This document shows, one piece after another, positions 11,656 through 23,438 of a stretch of 64,000 nt of DNA. Position numbers and translations under genes: made by a program. The DNA comes from Cyanophora paradoxa CCMP329 (Eukaryota > Plantae > Glaucophyta). Each line of letters begins with the position of its first letter. Position 1 is the stretch's first letter. Under the pieces are notes generated by a model that saw nothing but the letters and a program-made list of their open reading frames with translations, had not been told where the DNA came from and made no database searches. The stretch lies in assembly GCA_004431415.1 (NCBI GenBank), contig QPMI01000207.1:62001-126000 (forward strand). Reading direction: 5' to 3'.

Positions 11656-13736
11656 ATGGCGCTGGTGCTGCTGGTGACGACTGACGGGCTGCTAGAGGCG
11701 GGCGCTCGCGCCGCCGTGGAGTCGAGCGGGGGCGCCGCGGTTACTTCCGCGCTCGAGTTGGCGCTCGAGAAAATCGAGCAGCGCGAGTACGATGCCCTGG
11801 TGCTCGATGGATCGACCGTAGGAGACGGGCACACGGTCTTGCGGCTCCTGGTGAGCACACACAGCAGCCGTGAATCCTGCCGGAGCACACGACGCTCTCG
11901 CAGGAGGCAGCGAGACGGAAATCCTCACGGCGAACGTTTTGTGTCATCTTCGATGCGCAAGCGGCGCGCGACGCTCACAGCCTGAACCTGTTGTCGCGGG
12001 CGGTATGCCTTGCGCATGCCCCGTGAACCTGGCGCTGGTCGCGGATCGACGGCCGCGCGGCAGGGGGCCCACGTGGTTACGCACAGGGTTCGCACCCTCT
12101 GCGAAGCGTTGAAGAGCGCCGGCGAATCCGTGCGCCGGCGCGCCCCTCGTCGCCGGCGGCCGCCCCGCCGACGCTCCTGCCGGGGCAGCTGCGGGGGGCG
12201 TGGACGGCGCAGCGCACGCGGGAGGAGGCCGAGGCGGGGCCGGAGCCGAAGTACACCTGTCCGGAGTGCAACCGGCGGGGCCTCACTGAGGACCAGCTCT
12301 GGCAGGTGCCTCCGGACCCGGCGCCCAGGGTCGCGCCCCGCGCCCCCCGCCCACAGGCTCGCGCCAGCACCAGCAGCTCTTCCACTCGCACGAGCCTAAC
12401 GTCTCCGCGCGGTGCCCCATCTGCCGCAAAGACCAGAAGGTGCCCCGTGCCGCAGCCGCAGCCGCCGCCGCCCCGGCCCGGCGGCGGCGCTCAGGGCGCG
12501 GGAGCAGAACTGGGCGACACACGTGCACCACTCGCACGGCCCGATGGGGCGGGGCGAGCTGCCACGGGAGACCCGGGAGGCGCTCCGTGCGCCCAGCCCG
12601 CCGCCAGCGCCCCGCCCCGCGCCGCCCCTCGCCCCGAGCGGCCGCTGCAGCGCTCTACGCCTTCGCGCTGCTCGTCTGCCGCCGGCCCTCCGACGGAAAG
12701 TTCCTTCTCGGTGCCCGCCCCAACCTGCCGCCGACCCCGCCGCGCCCGCCCGCCTCACCCGTGCGCCGGCCCCTCAGTGCACGAGGCGGCGGAGATGGGC
12801 TGGTGGCGCGCCGCCCCCGCCCGCCCCCTGGGGCCCCCGAGCCCCCGCCGAGGCCCCGCGCAGGCTCCCGGGGGGTCGCGTCGAGCGCGGCGAGGACCTC
12901 GCGGCCGCCTGCCTCCGGTACCCCCCGCCCGCGCTCTGCCCCCGCCTTCCGCCTTTCACGCCGTGTCCAAAGGGAGGCGCGGGAGGAGGCCGGGGTTGAA
13001 GTGGGCGGCAGCGAGCGCCCCCCACCCCCGGGCGGTGGCTCCTCGGGGGGGGGCTCACGATGCGGGGCCCGGGGCGGGGCGCAGGCGGCTGTGAAGGGGG
13101 TGCTGCGGGTGGAGTTCTCGCCGGGCCCCTCCGGCTGCTGGATGCGCGCCCTCTTCTACGGCGAGGTGCCATCCCCCCCACCCCTTGCTCCCCAGCCCGC
13201 CACCCGCCCGCAGCCGCCGCGCACCCCCGCGCCCTTGACCGCCCCCCGCCGGCAGCCCGTCGATCCCCAGGCGGAGCCGAAGCAGGCGGGCTGGCGCCCC
13301 GCCCTGGGGCGCGCGCGCGAGGGCGGCCCCGCTGACCCCGCGGCGGCGCCTCCCTCAGATCCCCGACTACGAGAGCGTCCGCGCCGCCTGGGTCACCCCG
13401 AGCGACGTGCGCCGCCCCCGCCCCGGGAGGGCCCTCGCTGCATCCGCAGCAGCAGCTGCCGGCGCGGGGCGGGTCTGGGGCGCTGACGCGGGGGCGCGGG
13501 TGGGCAGCTGGCCTCGCTGCCCCTCCGCGGCGCCGAGCCGCGCGTCTGGTTCGACCACGTCGCCCGCGTGCGCGCCCCGCCCCATCCCCCGCCCCCCCCC
13601 CCGACTGCCCCACGCCCGCCTCGCACTCACATTTCGGAGAGGGCAGGGCGGGGCCATCCACCCCCTCTCCGTCCTCTCGGCGGTTGGCGCCCCGGGCCCC
13701 TCTCCGCCCGAAGCCCCCCCGCAGCAGCAGCAGTAG
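11656..13736 (+). CDS. Nudix hydrolase (NUDT18-like) with C2H2/Di19-like zinc fingers and a degenerate receiver-like N-terminus
   Basis: Spliced Nudix box GWWLPGGRVERGEDLAAACLREAREEAG. Zinc fingers YTCPEC...HQQLFH and CPIC...HVHHSH. C-terminal PDYES and LRGAEPRVWF. Confidence 0.8.
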
Positions 13737-14346
13737 CGAGCCCAGGCGAGAGCGGAGAGCCGTGGAGCGCTCGTCGCAGTGCATGCACGTGTGCGTGCGC
13801 ATCCGCCGCCGCGCATGTCGCCGCACGTACGCGCAGCGTAGCTCATGATCAGGCGCCGCGCCCCCACGCCGCGCGCCACGCGCTGAGCTTACAGAGCCGC
13901 AGCTGCAGGTGCAGATCTAGCTACCCGTACAACCGTAGAAGGCTGAACCGAGCTAGGGGTGCTAGGCTTGAATTTGAAATTATGGCGCGCACGTGCACCA
14001 TTGGCGAATACATTATCGGACCATTTGCCCCCCCCCTTAGACCCGGGTACCGCACAGCTTGCCCCCCAGCTCATAAAGGTTTGTGCGCGTTCAAGGGAGG
14101 GCAACCTAGTTCCTGGCGTTCGCAGCAGCACCGGCAGCGTGACAGCCATTGCCTAACGAGGCGCCCGCGCCGGAATCTTGCTCGGGTGCGTCTGCGCGTC
14201 GACTGTTCGCAGACACTCGCTTGCGCACACAGGGGCGGGCCCCTGGGCTCGTCTATGGCTTCCTTTTACTATAGTCGATGTTCTGATCGACTTCCACGTG
14301 CGCGCGCGCAGGTATTCGCGCAGTTCTCTCGAGCGCAGTTCGCATT

Positions 14347-16747
14347 ATGGCGTCAAGCACGGGGCGCATGAGCCCGGCGGCATTCTCCACGGCTGCTCCG
14401 GCCACTGGAAGCCGTGTGAACACGATTCGGAGCTCGGAGATCGCCGGCGCAGAGGAGAGGTGTTGCGCGCAGCAGTCCCCTCGAACCCTTCGTTCCTCCT
14501 CGTCCACCCCGCCCCCGTCTGCCCAGCCAGTGGCTGGCCGTCGCAACCTGCGCTTCCACGCCACGGAGTCTCCCACCCGCCTTCAGGCGTCAAGCAGCCG
14601 GTTCCATGGCCTTCAGTTTGCGGAGGCGGACTGCAGCCCGCGCCGGTCGGCCTCGCCGCATCAAGCAAGCACGCCCGCGTCTATTGAGGTGCGCCAAATC
14701 GTTTTGCCTAGTTGGATAGGGCCTAGAGTGCCGCCTCCCCGATGACTTCGCAAGATGCGAGATCCCACGTGCGAATAGAGATGAGCGCTCCGGGCTCTAC
14801 AGGTTGTGCCCTTATCGCCCACCGTTTGATGCGGTTAATGCGCGGTTATCCAACCGCACACCCGTCCGCTAGCGCTTCCGGTCACGAACCGTTTCTCATG
14901 CTCACCACCCGCGCGCAGGCGTCCTCCAGGCCCCGTCGCATCGGGCGCCAGCCCCGTGCAGTGTCTTCGGACCCAAATCACATGGATGAGGGTCTCTATG
15001 AGCAGCACAGCACAGACTCGATGGGTCAGCACCAGCACAAGTGGACCGTGAGCGCCGTGCAGCCTGTACAGTTCTACGTGGAGGAGACTCCGGGGTTGTT
15101 CGATATTCGGAACCGGACTCTGCTCGAGCGCTTTGTGGACCCGTCGCGCCCGCTGCGCCGGTTCTTTGTCGTCGATGAGAACGTGTGGAAGATTTACGGA
15201 GAGAAGATCCAGCAGTGCGTACCGGCGCGGCAAGTTTTCTTTTACCTTTCTGATCTGACTTGAATTGTCGCAGTTATTTGGACCACCACAAGGTCGAGCA
15301 CAAGATTCTCGTGATGCCGGTCGATGAGACCGACAAGACGATCGAGAACGTACTCAAGGTCCGCATGCGCCGCGCTTGTCCCATCACGCGGCTGTAGAGA
15401 TCTTAGCTTTGCTCCGCAGATTGTAGAGGAGCTGTGCACTTTCGGCCTGCTCCGGCGGCACGAGCCTGTGATCGCTGTTGGCGGCGGTGTGCTGCTCGAC
15501 ATGGTCGGCATGGCCGCGTCCCTCTACCGGTGCGTTTTCCTGTTTCTGCAGTGCGACGTTGCAGTTCTGAACGCCAGCGCAGTCGCGGCGTGCCCTACAT
15601 CCGCGTACCGACCACCCTGCTCGGCCTGGTCGACGCGTCCGTCGGCGCGAAGACCGGCTGCAACTACGTTCACTCGACGTGCGCCCGAGAGCCCCTGCGC
15701 GATCATGCAAGACTCGCTGACGGCGGCGCGCAGGATGGGCGAGCTGAAGAACCGCATGGGGACCTACTGGCCCCCCCTTGCGGCGTTCCTTGACAAGACC
15801 TTCCTCCCCACCGTCGACAGCCGGTGCGCGGCCCGGGGGCGGCCCCTCTCCCGGGGGGGCCCGCGCTCAAGCCGGGGGCGGCAGGAACATGCGGAACGGG
15901 ATCTGCGAGATGCTGAAGATGGCGATGGTGCGGAGCCCGGAGCTCTTCGAGCTGCTGGAGAAGTACGGGCCGGAGCTCGTGCGGAACAAGTTCCAGACGC
16001 CGGAGGGCTCCAAGGCGATCGCCCTGAGCGTGGAGCTCATGCTGCAGGAGCTGCAGCCGAACCTGTGGGAGATGGACCTCGACCGCCTGGTCGACTTCGG
16101 GCACTCGTTCTCCAAGGTGATGGAGATGAAGGCGCTGCCCGAGCTCCTCCACGGCGAGGCCGTCAACATCGACGACGCCATCTCCACCACCATCGCCTAC
16201 CTGCGCGGCTGGATCACCTCGGAGGAGGTCCGCCCGCCCCCGCCCCCGCCCCTCCCCCGCCCCGGGGGCGCTGAGCGGCGGGGCGCAGCGGGAGCGGATC
16301 TTCCGGTGCATGCACTCGCTGGGGCTGCCGTACGACCACCCGCTGGTGAAGCAGGACATCCTCTTCGAGGGGATCAAGGACTCGCTGGAGCACCGGGACG
16401 GCAAGATGCGGCTGCCGCTGCCGACGGGGATCGGCAAGGCCGACTTCTGCAACGACGTGACGTACGAGGAGCTCGCCCTCGTGGCCGCCGAGCACCGCCG
16501 CTTCTGCAAGGAGCTCCAGCAGCGCATCTCCATCGAGGAGGGCGTCGCCAAGAGCCCGCGGGGCCCCCGCCCGGCGCCCCTCCGCCGCTCCGTCTCCCCC
16601 CGCCGCGACGCCGTCCCCGTCCCCGTCCCCGTGGCCATCCCGAAGCTGCGGCGCTCCAACTCGCGCGACTCGCTCGCCGGCGCCGTCTTCGCCTCGTTGG
16701 ACAACAACGGCCCCCAGTCCAACGTCTTCCACGCCCGCCCCGAGTAG
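14347..16747 (+). CDS. Sedoheptulose 7-phosphate cyclase, 2-epi-5-epi-valiolone synthase (EEVS) type, with a long N-terminal extension
   Basis: DHQS-fold motifs [36 protein letters not shown] and LLHGEAVNID. The EEVS-type segment is MLQELQPNLWEMDLDRLVDFGH. First exon 14347/14368 to about 14687 splices in frame to 14919. Confidence 0.88.
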
Positions 16748-17350
16748 CGCCCGACCCGGCGCCGCCCCGTTCCAGTTTCGCGTTCCGCTCTGTTCTTCCT
16801 TCCGTTCCAGGCCTTAGTCTAAATAATATAAATTCCGCTCATTTCAACCACAACCACCTTTACTTCGCGAATTTTTCATCCTCCGGCTCTCCATATTGGG
16901 CCTCGTGTATCATATAGCACAGGCCTAGCTAGCCGTTGACTTTTTTGGGGTTGTGGCCATGGCTCTCATGATGATAGATTTTATAGCCGTTCCCTGCAAT
17001 TGCTATTACGACGTACTATGATCAGCTGCAGCGCCGCCTCGCGCGCGCGCGCAGCCGCCGCCGCCGCCGCGGCCGAGCAGCTGCGCAGGGGGATCATGCA
17101 TATGCACTTCGGTGCGCCTCGGATCATGCGCATGCCCGTACGCGTGCACAATATTCCAATCGCGACAGCGCTACATCTAGATCTAGATCTAGAGGGCGGT
17201 ACTAGCTATAGTGCATGTACGCGTAGAGGCGCGGCTCTGTACGTCTGTGCACGTGGAAGGTACAAGCTGAATGCATGATTCGGCATAGCGTGCGAACGAA
17301 AGACATAGTACCCCGGCAGAGCGCACTGCCGGGTCAATATCGCGAGCGGA

Positions 17351-18503
17351 ATGCCTGTGTCGTACCTCGAAGAGTATCTTCAGAGTGCGTGCCTTCATTC
17401 TTTCCGCGCAGCCGTCGTGGTGCGGCGGATGTTGTGGATGCCGCTCACCGACCGACGCGCAGGCGTGAAGGATTTGCCAGATGAGCTCAAGGCTAACTTC
17501 AAGAAGCTGCGAGAGCTCGATGCCAGGGTGAACGGTGAGCGCTTGGTTTCAAATGAGCGCGCCCGGTCCGCCGACTGCGGGCCAGCGCTATGTCACGTCC
17601 TTCAACTGACGCCCTCTTTGCAGATATTCTGAAGAACCTTCAAACCATGACCGAAGAGTGTGTCGCGGCGTCGAGGAAGGAGACGAAGGAGGGCATGCAG
17701 GAGTACGAACGCATTCGCAAAGAGATCGAAAAGGAAGACAAGGAGGCGCAAGCATTGAGCGATCAGAAGGTTCAGCTGGCGTACAGCACATACGAGCTGG
17801 TGCAGGTTTTCCCTTTTCCTTTTTTGCGCCCCACCCCCCTACATTCGGCATCTTCAGGTGGACCAGCACATCCGAAGGCTTGACAGCGACATGAAGAAAT
17901 ATGAAGAGGAGATGAAGCAGGGTGCGGCGCCCGTTCTTGTTTGTTTGATGATGCGTCTCAAATGCACACCCCAGAGCGCAACAAGCAAGAACAGCCGTTC
18001 CCCTCCGAGCAGCGCAAGGACAAGAACGTGAAGAGCTTGTCTCCGCGGGGCAAGGGCACTGTACAGGGCCATGCGGCGGGCAAGGGCCACGGCCGGAAAC
18101 GGTGTGTGCCCCCCGGGTGCCCTCGCTGTGCGGGCCGCTGAGCGGGCGCAGGCCTTCGGATGACGGCGCGGGACCAGACGCGGGCGACCCGCGCGTGCGG
18201 CACCTGGAGGACGACCTGCCGATCGACCCGAACGAGCCCGTCTACTGCTACTGCCGGCAGGTCTCTTTCGGAGAGATGGTCGCCTGCGACAACTCGGACG
18301 TGCGCGCGCTTCACGCGCCCTGCTTCCCGTGCCCCACTTCCCGCTCTATTATCTCCTGAACCGGGGCTGTGCATGCGCAGTGCCAGATCGAGTGGTTCCA
18401 CTTCCAGTGTGTGGGCCTCACCCAGACGCCCAAGGGCAAGTGGTACTGCAAGGAGTGCAGCGCGGCCATGCGGAGAGGGCGCATTGGCCGGCCCGTCGAG
18501 TAG
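17351..18503 (+). CDS. Inhibitor of growth (ING) family PHD-finger protein
   Basis: N-terminal [26 protein letters not shown]-terminal [54 protein letters not shown]. Confidence 0.93.
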
Positions 18504-18734
18504 CCCCGCTCCTCTCCCCTGCGATCGAGCACGAGCGACATCGATGTACATTTTTTTAAGACGCCAATCGCTCATCTGCTAGCGCTGGCGCTGGCGGGGC
18601 CCGCTGATCGTTTGTTCAGATTCAGAGAAAAGTAGCAGCATTCGCTAGCCTCGTAGCTTTGGGCATTGCTCGAAATTCGATCCAGCCCGCCTCCCCCCCC
18701 CCCCCCATTCTGGGCGGGTACAGACCGCCGGACC

Positions 18735-19947
18735 ATGAGTCTCTCGGCGACCGACCTGTACCGACTGGTCATCGACGATGTCATCTCGAAGCTCCGAAGC
18801 GAATTCACGAACCAAGGCGCCGACGAGGGCGTCCTTGCAAAGCTTCAGGAGGTGCGAGCCAATTCGTTGGCGGGGGCGCAGAGGGCGAGCCTGATCGTCG
18901 CGCCTGGGCTCCATTTCGTCGCTCAGATGTGGGAGTTAAAACTGCTTGAAGCTGGGGTCATGGAGGATGTGTATCTGCCCGGCAACAACGAGGGCGTGTA
19001 CGGCGTCGATCCCGCGTACGCAGCGGGCTTCGCTGGTTATGCAGAGGCCGCAGCATCCTCGTCAAACGCGCCCGTGCGCCTCTTCCGCGCCCCATTGAGT
19101 GCCGACCGCAGCTTTTGGCGCCCGTCCATTCTGATCTTGCCCTGCCTGTCGATGCAGGACGCCGCGGTGAAGCTTCCGCAAGTGGATGGAGCGCACGACA
19201 TGTCGGAGAGCGGGAGCGAGGGAGCCCGGAAGCCCCTTAAACCAACTGCAGAACCTGTTGTCGCGCGGCCTGCTGTGGGCGACGAGGTGTGCTGCCTTTC
19301 GGTGAGCGCCCGCTTGCGACAGTGAGCGCCCGTGCAGACTGTCGACCGCCTTCTGTTGGCGCGCTGGAGCGAGGCGGCGCGCGCTGCGCAGTCCGACACA
19401 CCAGCAGACGCCGCAGAGCCGTCGTCGTCGTCGGCTGCCGTGCCTCCCGCGGGTGCGTTGCCCTTTTCGAGCGCCTGCCGCGCCGGCGGCTGACCTCTTG
19501 GCACAGAGGGCGGGTCGACCGCAGAGGCGCCGGCGCGCCGGCGAAGGCAGGTTGGCGGGCAGGCGGACGGGGCGGGGCGGGCGGGCGGGGAGGAGGATGA
19601 TGAGCGGGCGGAAGGGGGCGACGACCTTGGCTCCTCGGACGACGACGATGATGAGACCAACGTCGACCCCGAGACCGACCACCTGATCCTCAGCCAGTTC
19701 GACAAGGCGCGCCGCGCCGGCCGCGCCCCCGGCGCCGGCGCTGACTGGCCGGGCCCCCGCAGGTGGCGCGGACGAAGAACAAATGGAAGGTGCAGCTGCG
19801 GGAGGGCATCATGCACCTCAACGGCCGCGACTACATCTTTGCGAAGGTGCCGTGCCCCCCCCCCCCCCCCCCCCCTTCCTTCCCCTCTCCCTCTCCCTGC
19901 CATTGCTGATTGCGCCCGCCTAGGCCAACGGTGAGTTCACGTGGTGA
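18735..19947 (+). CDS. GTF2A1: Transcription factor IIA large (alpha/beta) subunit
   Basis: YRLVIDDVI..F...G.DE.VL..L...WELKL N-terminus; QVDG and QADG motifs; acidic linker; C-terminal LILSQFDKVARTKNKWKVQLREGIMHLNGRDYIFAKANGEFTW. Confidence 0.93.
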
Positions 19948-20074
19948 CCGCGCGGCGACGCAACCGCCGCTGGGGCCGGCTCCACGCCCCTCCCGGGCGC
20001 AGTTTTGTTCCTCTTCGACCCTCTGCTTTGTACATGTTCTCTGCATTCGAGCGGCGCGCCCATAGCGGAAGCCG

Positions 20075-21984
20075 TCACGCGAGAGCCTCGGGGGGGATGC
20101 GGGCGGGGTACGCCTCGCCCTCGGGCTCGAAGACGCGCCCCATTGCAGCCTCCCAGCGCGCGCTCTCCCCCGCGCCCAGGCGGCCCCCGTAGCTCAGGGT
20201 GACCTGCGCGGCCGTCGAGGTCGGCCGGGGCGCGCGCGGCGGGGAAGGGGAGGAAGCGGGCAAGGGGCGGGCCTGCTGGCCGCGGGCGATGGTCCGGGTG
20301 CAGTAGAGTTACGATCGTCTGGGCTGTTGTTACGATCGTAAGAATTACGATCGCGAGTTGAAGAAGATTACTACAAGCCCCAAGAAGCACCTTTTTGGCG
20401 CCCTGTATGATCGCGATCACCTTTGCCCAGCGATAGCTGCGATTAATATATATAGCTAGTTAAGCGAGATAAGCTTAAGAATTACGATTACGATCACCAT
20501 AGCTGGCACTGAAGAATTACGACGATCGTCTATACGACAAGCTCAGGCGTCTATACGGGTACCAGCACGTAGCGTGTAGGCGTGTCGCTACCGTGTAAAG
20601 AGCAGTAGAGCACGGGGCAGCAGGCCCGCGAAGAAGCAGAGGCCCGCGAAGAAGCAGAAGGAGGCGGCGTTGGGCGCCGCGCTGTGGTTCACGAACGCCG
20701 CCAGCGCGCACTCCACGCGCCCCGACACCACCGGCGCCGCCTCCGCCCCGCCCGCCTCCTGCCCGCACTCCTGCCCGCCCCGCGCCTCAGCAACGGCGGG
20801 CGGGGCGGGGCGGGGCGGGGCGGGGCGCGCCATCAGGAAGCAATCCCCGGGCTCGACCTCGTTGGGCAGGGGCGGGAGTGGGCCGCCCCCCGCCCCGGCG
20901 CCGGCGGAGATGACGATGCGGCCCGCTGCGCGGCGCGCGGGGTGAGGCGAGGGCGGGGGCAGAGCTTCAGGTTGACGCGGGGGCACCGTAGTGGGCGATG
21001 TAGTCCCCCGGGGCGAAGTCGCGTGCGGCGAAGGCGCCGTTACCCAGGCCCTCGATCCAGCCCACCTGGCCCCGCCCCAATCGCCCTCCGGCGGCGGCGG
21101 GAGGAGGGAAGGGGGCTGGTGGGGCGCACGAGCAGGTTGTCCTCGTCGAGGCAGCCCGGGGAGGCGCCACGGGCGCGGCGCAGCGCCTCGGCGCGCAGGG
21201 CGCGCTGCTGCTCGGGCGCGAGGCCGGGGGAGTCCGCGGCGTCGGAGGAGAGGGACGCCCGGAGGATGTAGCGCAGGTACCCCGCGCTGCCCGTCCAGCC
21301 GGGCCGCAGCCGCACGCGCCGGCCCTGCCGCCGCCACACCTCCTCCTCCAGCTCGCCCGGCGCGAGGCGCCGCACGGACCGCAGAGCGGGGTCGTAGAAG
21401 CCGATGCGAAGCTCTAAGGGGAGCCTCGGTGGGGCCGGCGCGAAGAGCGCGCGGAGGCAGCCTAGCGGCCCGTCCACCAGCGCACTGCGGAAGCTTAAGC
21501 CGTCGCCCTCCGCTGACCCCCCGCTAGCGACCATAGCGGACGGCGGCGCGACACGCGTCGCCAGCCGAACAAGCTCCGGATCTCCCCGCAGGTACGCAAT
21601 GTGTGCTGGAGTCAGGCCGAGCGAATCCGGCTGCAGGAGCGCTTTCGGGTCAACAGCGGACAGCTCCCGGCACCAGGAGGCCCTTGCGGGAGCGGAGAGT
21701 TAGGTCAGGGGAGCATTTAGAGGAAATTAAAAAACGCGTTAGCGGCTCAGCCCGGGGCAGCAAGCCGGAGGGCCTGGTCGGAACTTACTCGGAAGCATCT
21801 AGAATCGAGACGTACGCACTTTCCCAGCATTGCGGCGAAATACAAAGCCGTGCGCAATGTGCCGGGCAGGCGTTCGTCCACGCTCCGTGCATGCGATGCC
21901 CGCGACTGTTCGGCCAGCGAATTCGAACAGCTGCAGCGCAGGTCCGAATTCGAAGGGGCCCCGGCGCAGACGAGCTCCTCGAAG
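20075..21984 (-). pseudogene. Ankyrin-like plus SET-domain gene, 3' part, disrupted by two insertions
   Basis: SET motifs GLGNGAFAARDF..G..IAHY, AAFVNHSAAPNA and LYCTRTIARGQQ|VTLSYG. Ankyrin-like RTALYFAAMLG and DSLGLTPAHIAYLRGDPELV. Interrupted at 20309-20601 and cut from its 5' end by the 21985-27747 element. Confidence 0.75.
20309..20601. mobile_element. 293-bp insertion with a 9-bp target-site duplication and no TIRs
   Basis: GCAGTAGAG occurs at 20300-20308 and 20602-20610. Removing the insert and one copy restores ...P V L Y C T R T I A R G Q Q of the SET domain. The insert is AT-richer than its flanks and has repeated TTACGAT(CG) motifs. Confidence 0.8.
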
Positions 21985-22430
21985 CACAGGCCCGGTCATC
22001 TAGGGATTCAACTAGGGCTACCCATTTTTTCCTCTAGATGAGCACGAGTTGGCAGGCCGGCACCACTAGATGGCAAGCGGTTCCGGGAGATCCTGTCCGG
22101 CGAGCAGCGGGCCGTGTAGCTCGCTAGCTATGTTCTGTTATTAGTATAAACACTGCCCGCGCCCGCGCCGCTGTCCGCTGCATGAGTGGCATGTCAATGG
22201 TCCGACGGTCAGTGCGAGGAGCGGCGGGCCGCAGCAGCACGATAAGTCGCGACAGTTATGCTCTGGCTATCCATGGCCAGCGCCGCTGTCTGATCCCTAT
22301 GTCCCCGCTCTCGAAGTGCGCGCGCCCGCGGGCCGGCGCGCGCCCGAAGTTCGCGCTCGCTTCCCTTAGGTGCGCCATCGGCTTTCTTTAGCGTTTCAGA
22401 TGGTCCCTGGACTCTCCCGTTAGGTAAGGA

Positions 22431-23275
22431 AGGCCAGGTTCGCGCGCGCCGCGCGCCCTCGCCGCCTCCCCGCCCCGCAGAGAGCCGCCCCGATGCCCGC
22501 GCGCAGGCCCGATCAAGCCCCGCGACCGGCCGCCCGCCCGCCTCGCCCCGCCCCGCGCCGCCCCCCCGCCTCGCCGCGGGGCCAAGGCCAGGTCCGCGCC
22601 GCCCTCGCCGCGGCCGCCTCCCCGCCCCGCAGAGAGCCGCCCCGATGCCCGCGCGCAGGCCCGATCAAGCCCGCGACCGGCCGCCCGCCCGCCTCGCCCC
22701 GCCCCGCGCCGCGACCGCGCCGCCCCCCCGCCTCGCCGGCGGGGCCAAGGCCAGGTCCGTGCCGCCCTCGCCGCCTCCCCGCCCCGCAGAGAGCCGCCCC
22801 GATGCCCGCGCGCAGGCCCGATCAAGCCCCGCGACCGGCCGCCCGCCCGCCTCGCCCCGCCCCGCGCCGCCCCCCCCGCCTCGCCGGCGGGGCCAAGGCC
22901 AGGTCCGCGCCGCCCTCGCCGCGGCCGCCTCCCCGCCCCGCAGAGAGCCGCCCCGATGCCCGCGCGCAGGCCCGATCAAGCCCCGTGACCGCCCGCCCGC
23001 CCGCCTCGCCCGCCCCGCGCCGCGACCGCGCCGCCCCCCCCGCCTCGCCGGCGGGGCCAAGGCCAGGTCCGCGCCGCCCTCGCCGGCTCCCCGCCCCGCA
23101 GAGAGCCGCCCTAATTCCCGCGCGCAGGCCCGATCACGCCCCGTGACCGCCCGCCCGCCCGCCCCGCCCCGCCCCGCGCCCCCCCCCCGGTGCGGGCCAA
23201 GGCCAGGGGCCAAGGTGCGGGCCGCCCGCCCCGCCCCGCCCCGGCGGGGCTAAGGCCAGGTCCGCGCCGCCTGCC
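22431..23275. repeat. GC-rich tandem repeat, ~155-bp unit, ~5.5 copies
   Basis: CAGAGAGCCGCCC recurs near 22478, 22630, 22787, 22941 and 23099. Confidence 0.9.
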
Positions 23276-23438
23276 CCGGGGCCCCGCGCAGACCCGCAGC
23301 GTGCGGGTAGCTTTAGTTGGCAGTTAGCAGTACTAGTTAGCCGTAGGCATGCAGCTGGATTTTGTGTTTATAATTACGATGTCACAGTGTCCGGATCCGT
23401 GGCCGATACTTCGAAATTTTACATATGCATTTTAATTT

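Noticed and set aside
12439-12496. Possible GG-donor intron in the Nudix gene
   Set aside because: The phase mismatch is a single base beside G runs and is more simply a sequencing indel.
14347-16747. Calling the cyclase 3-dehydroquinate synthase (aroB) or MAA-pathway DDGS
   Set aside because: The PNLWE..LDRLVDFGH segment is EEVS-type, and no O-methyltransferase or ATP-grasp partner is adjacent.
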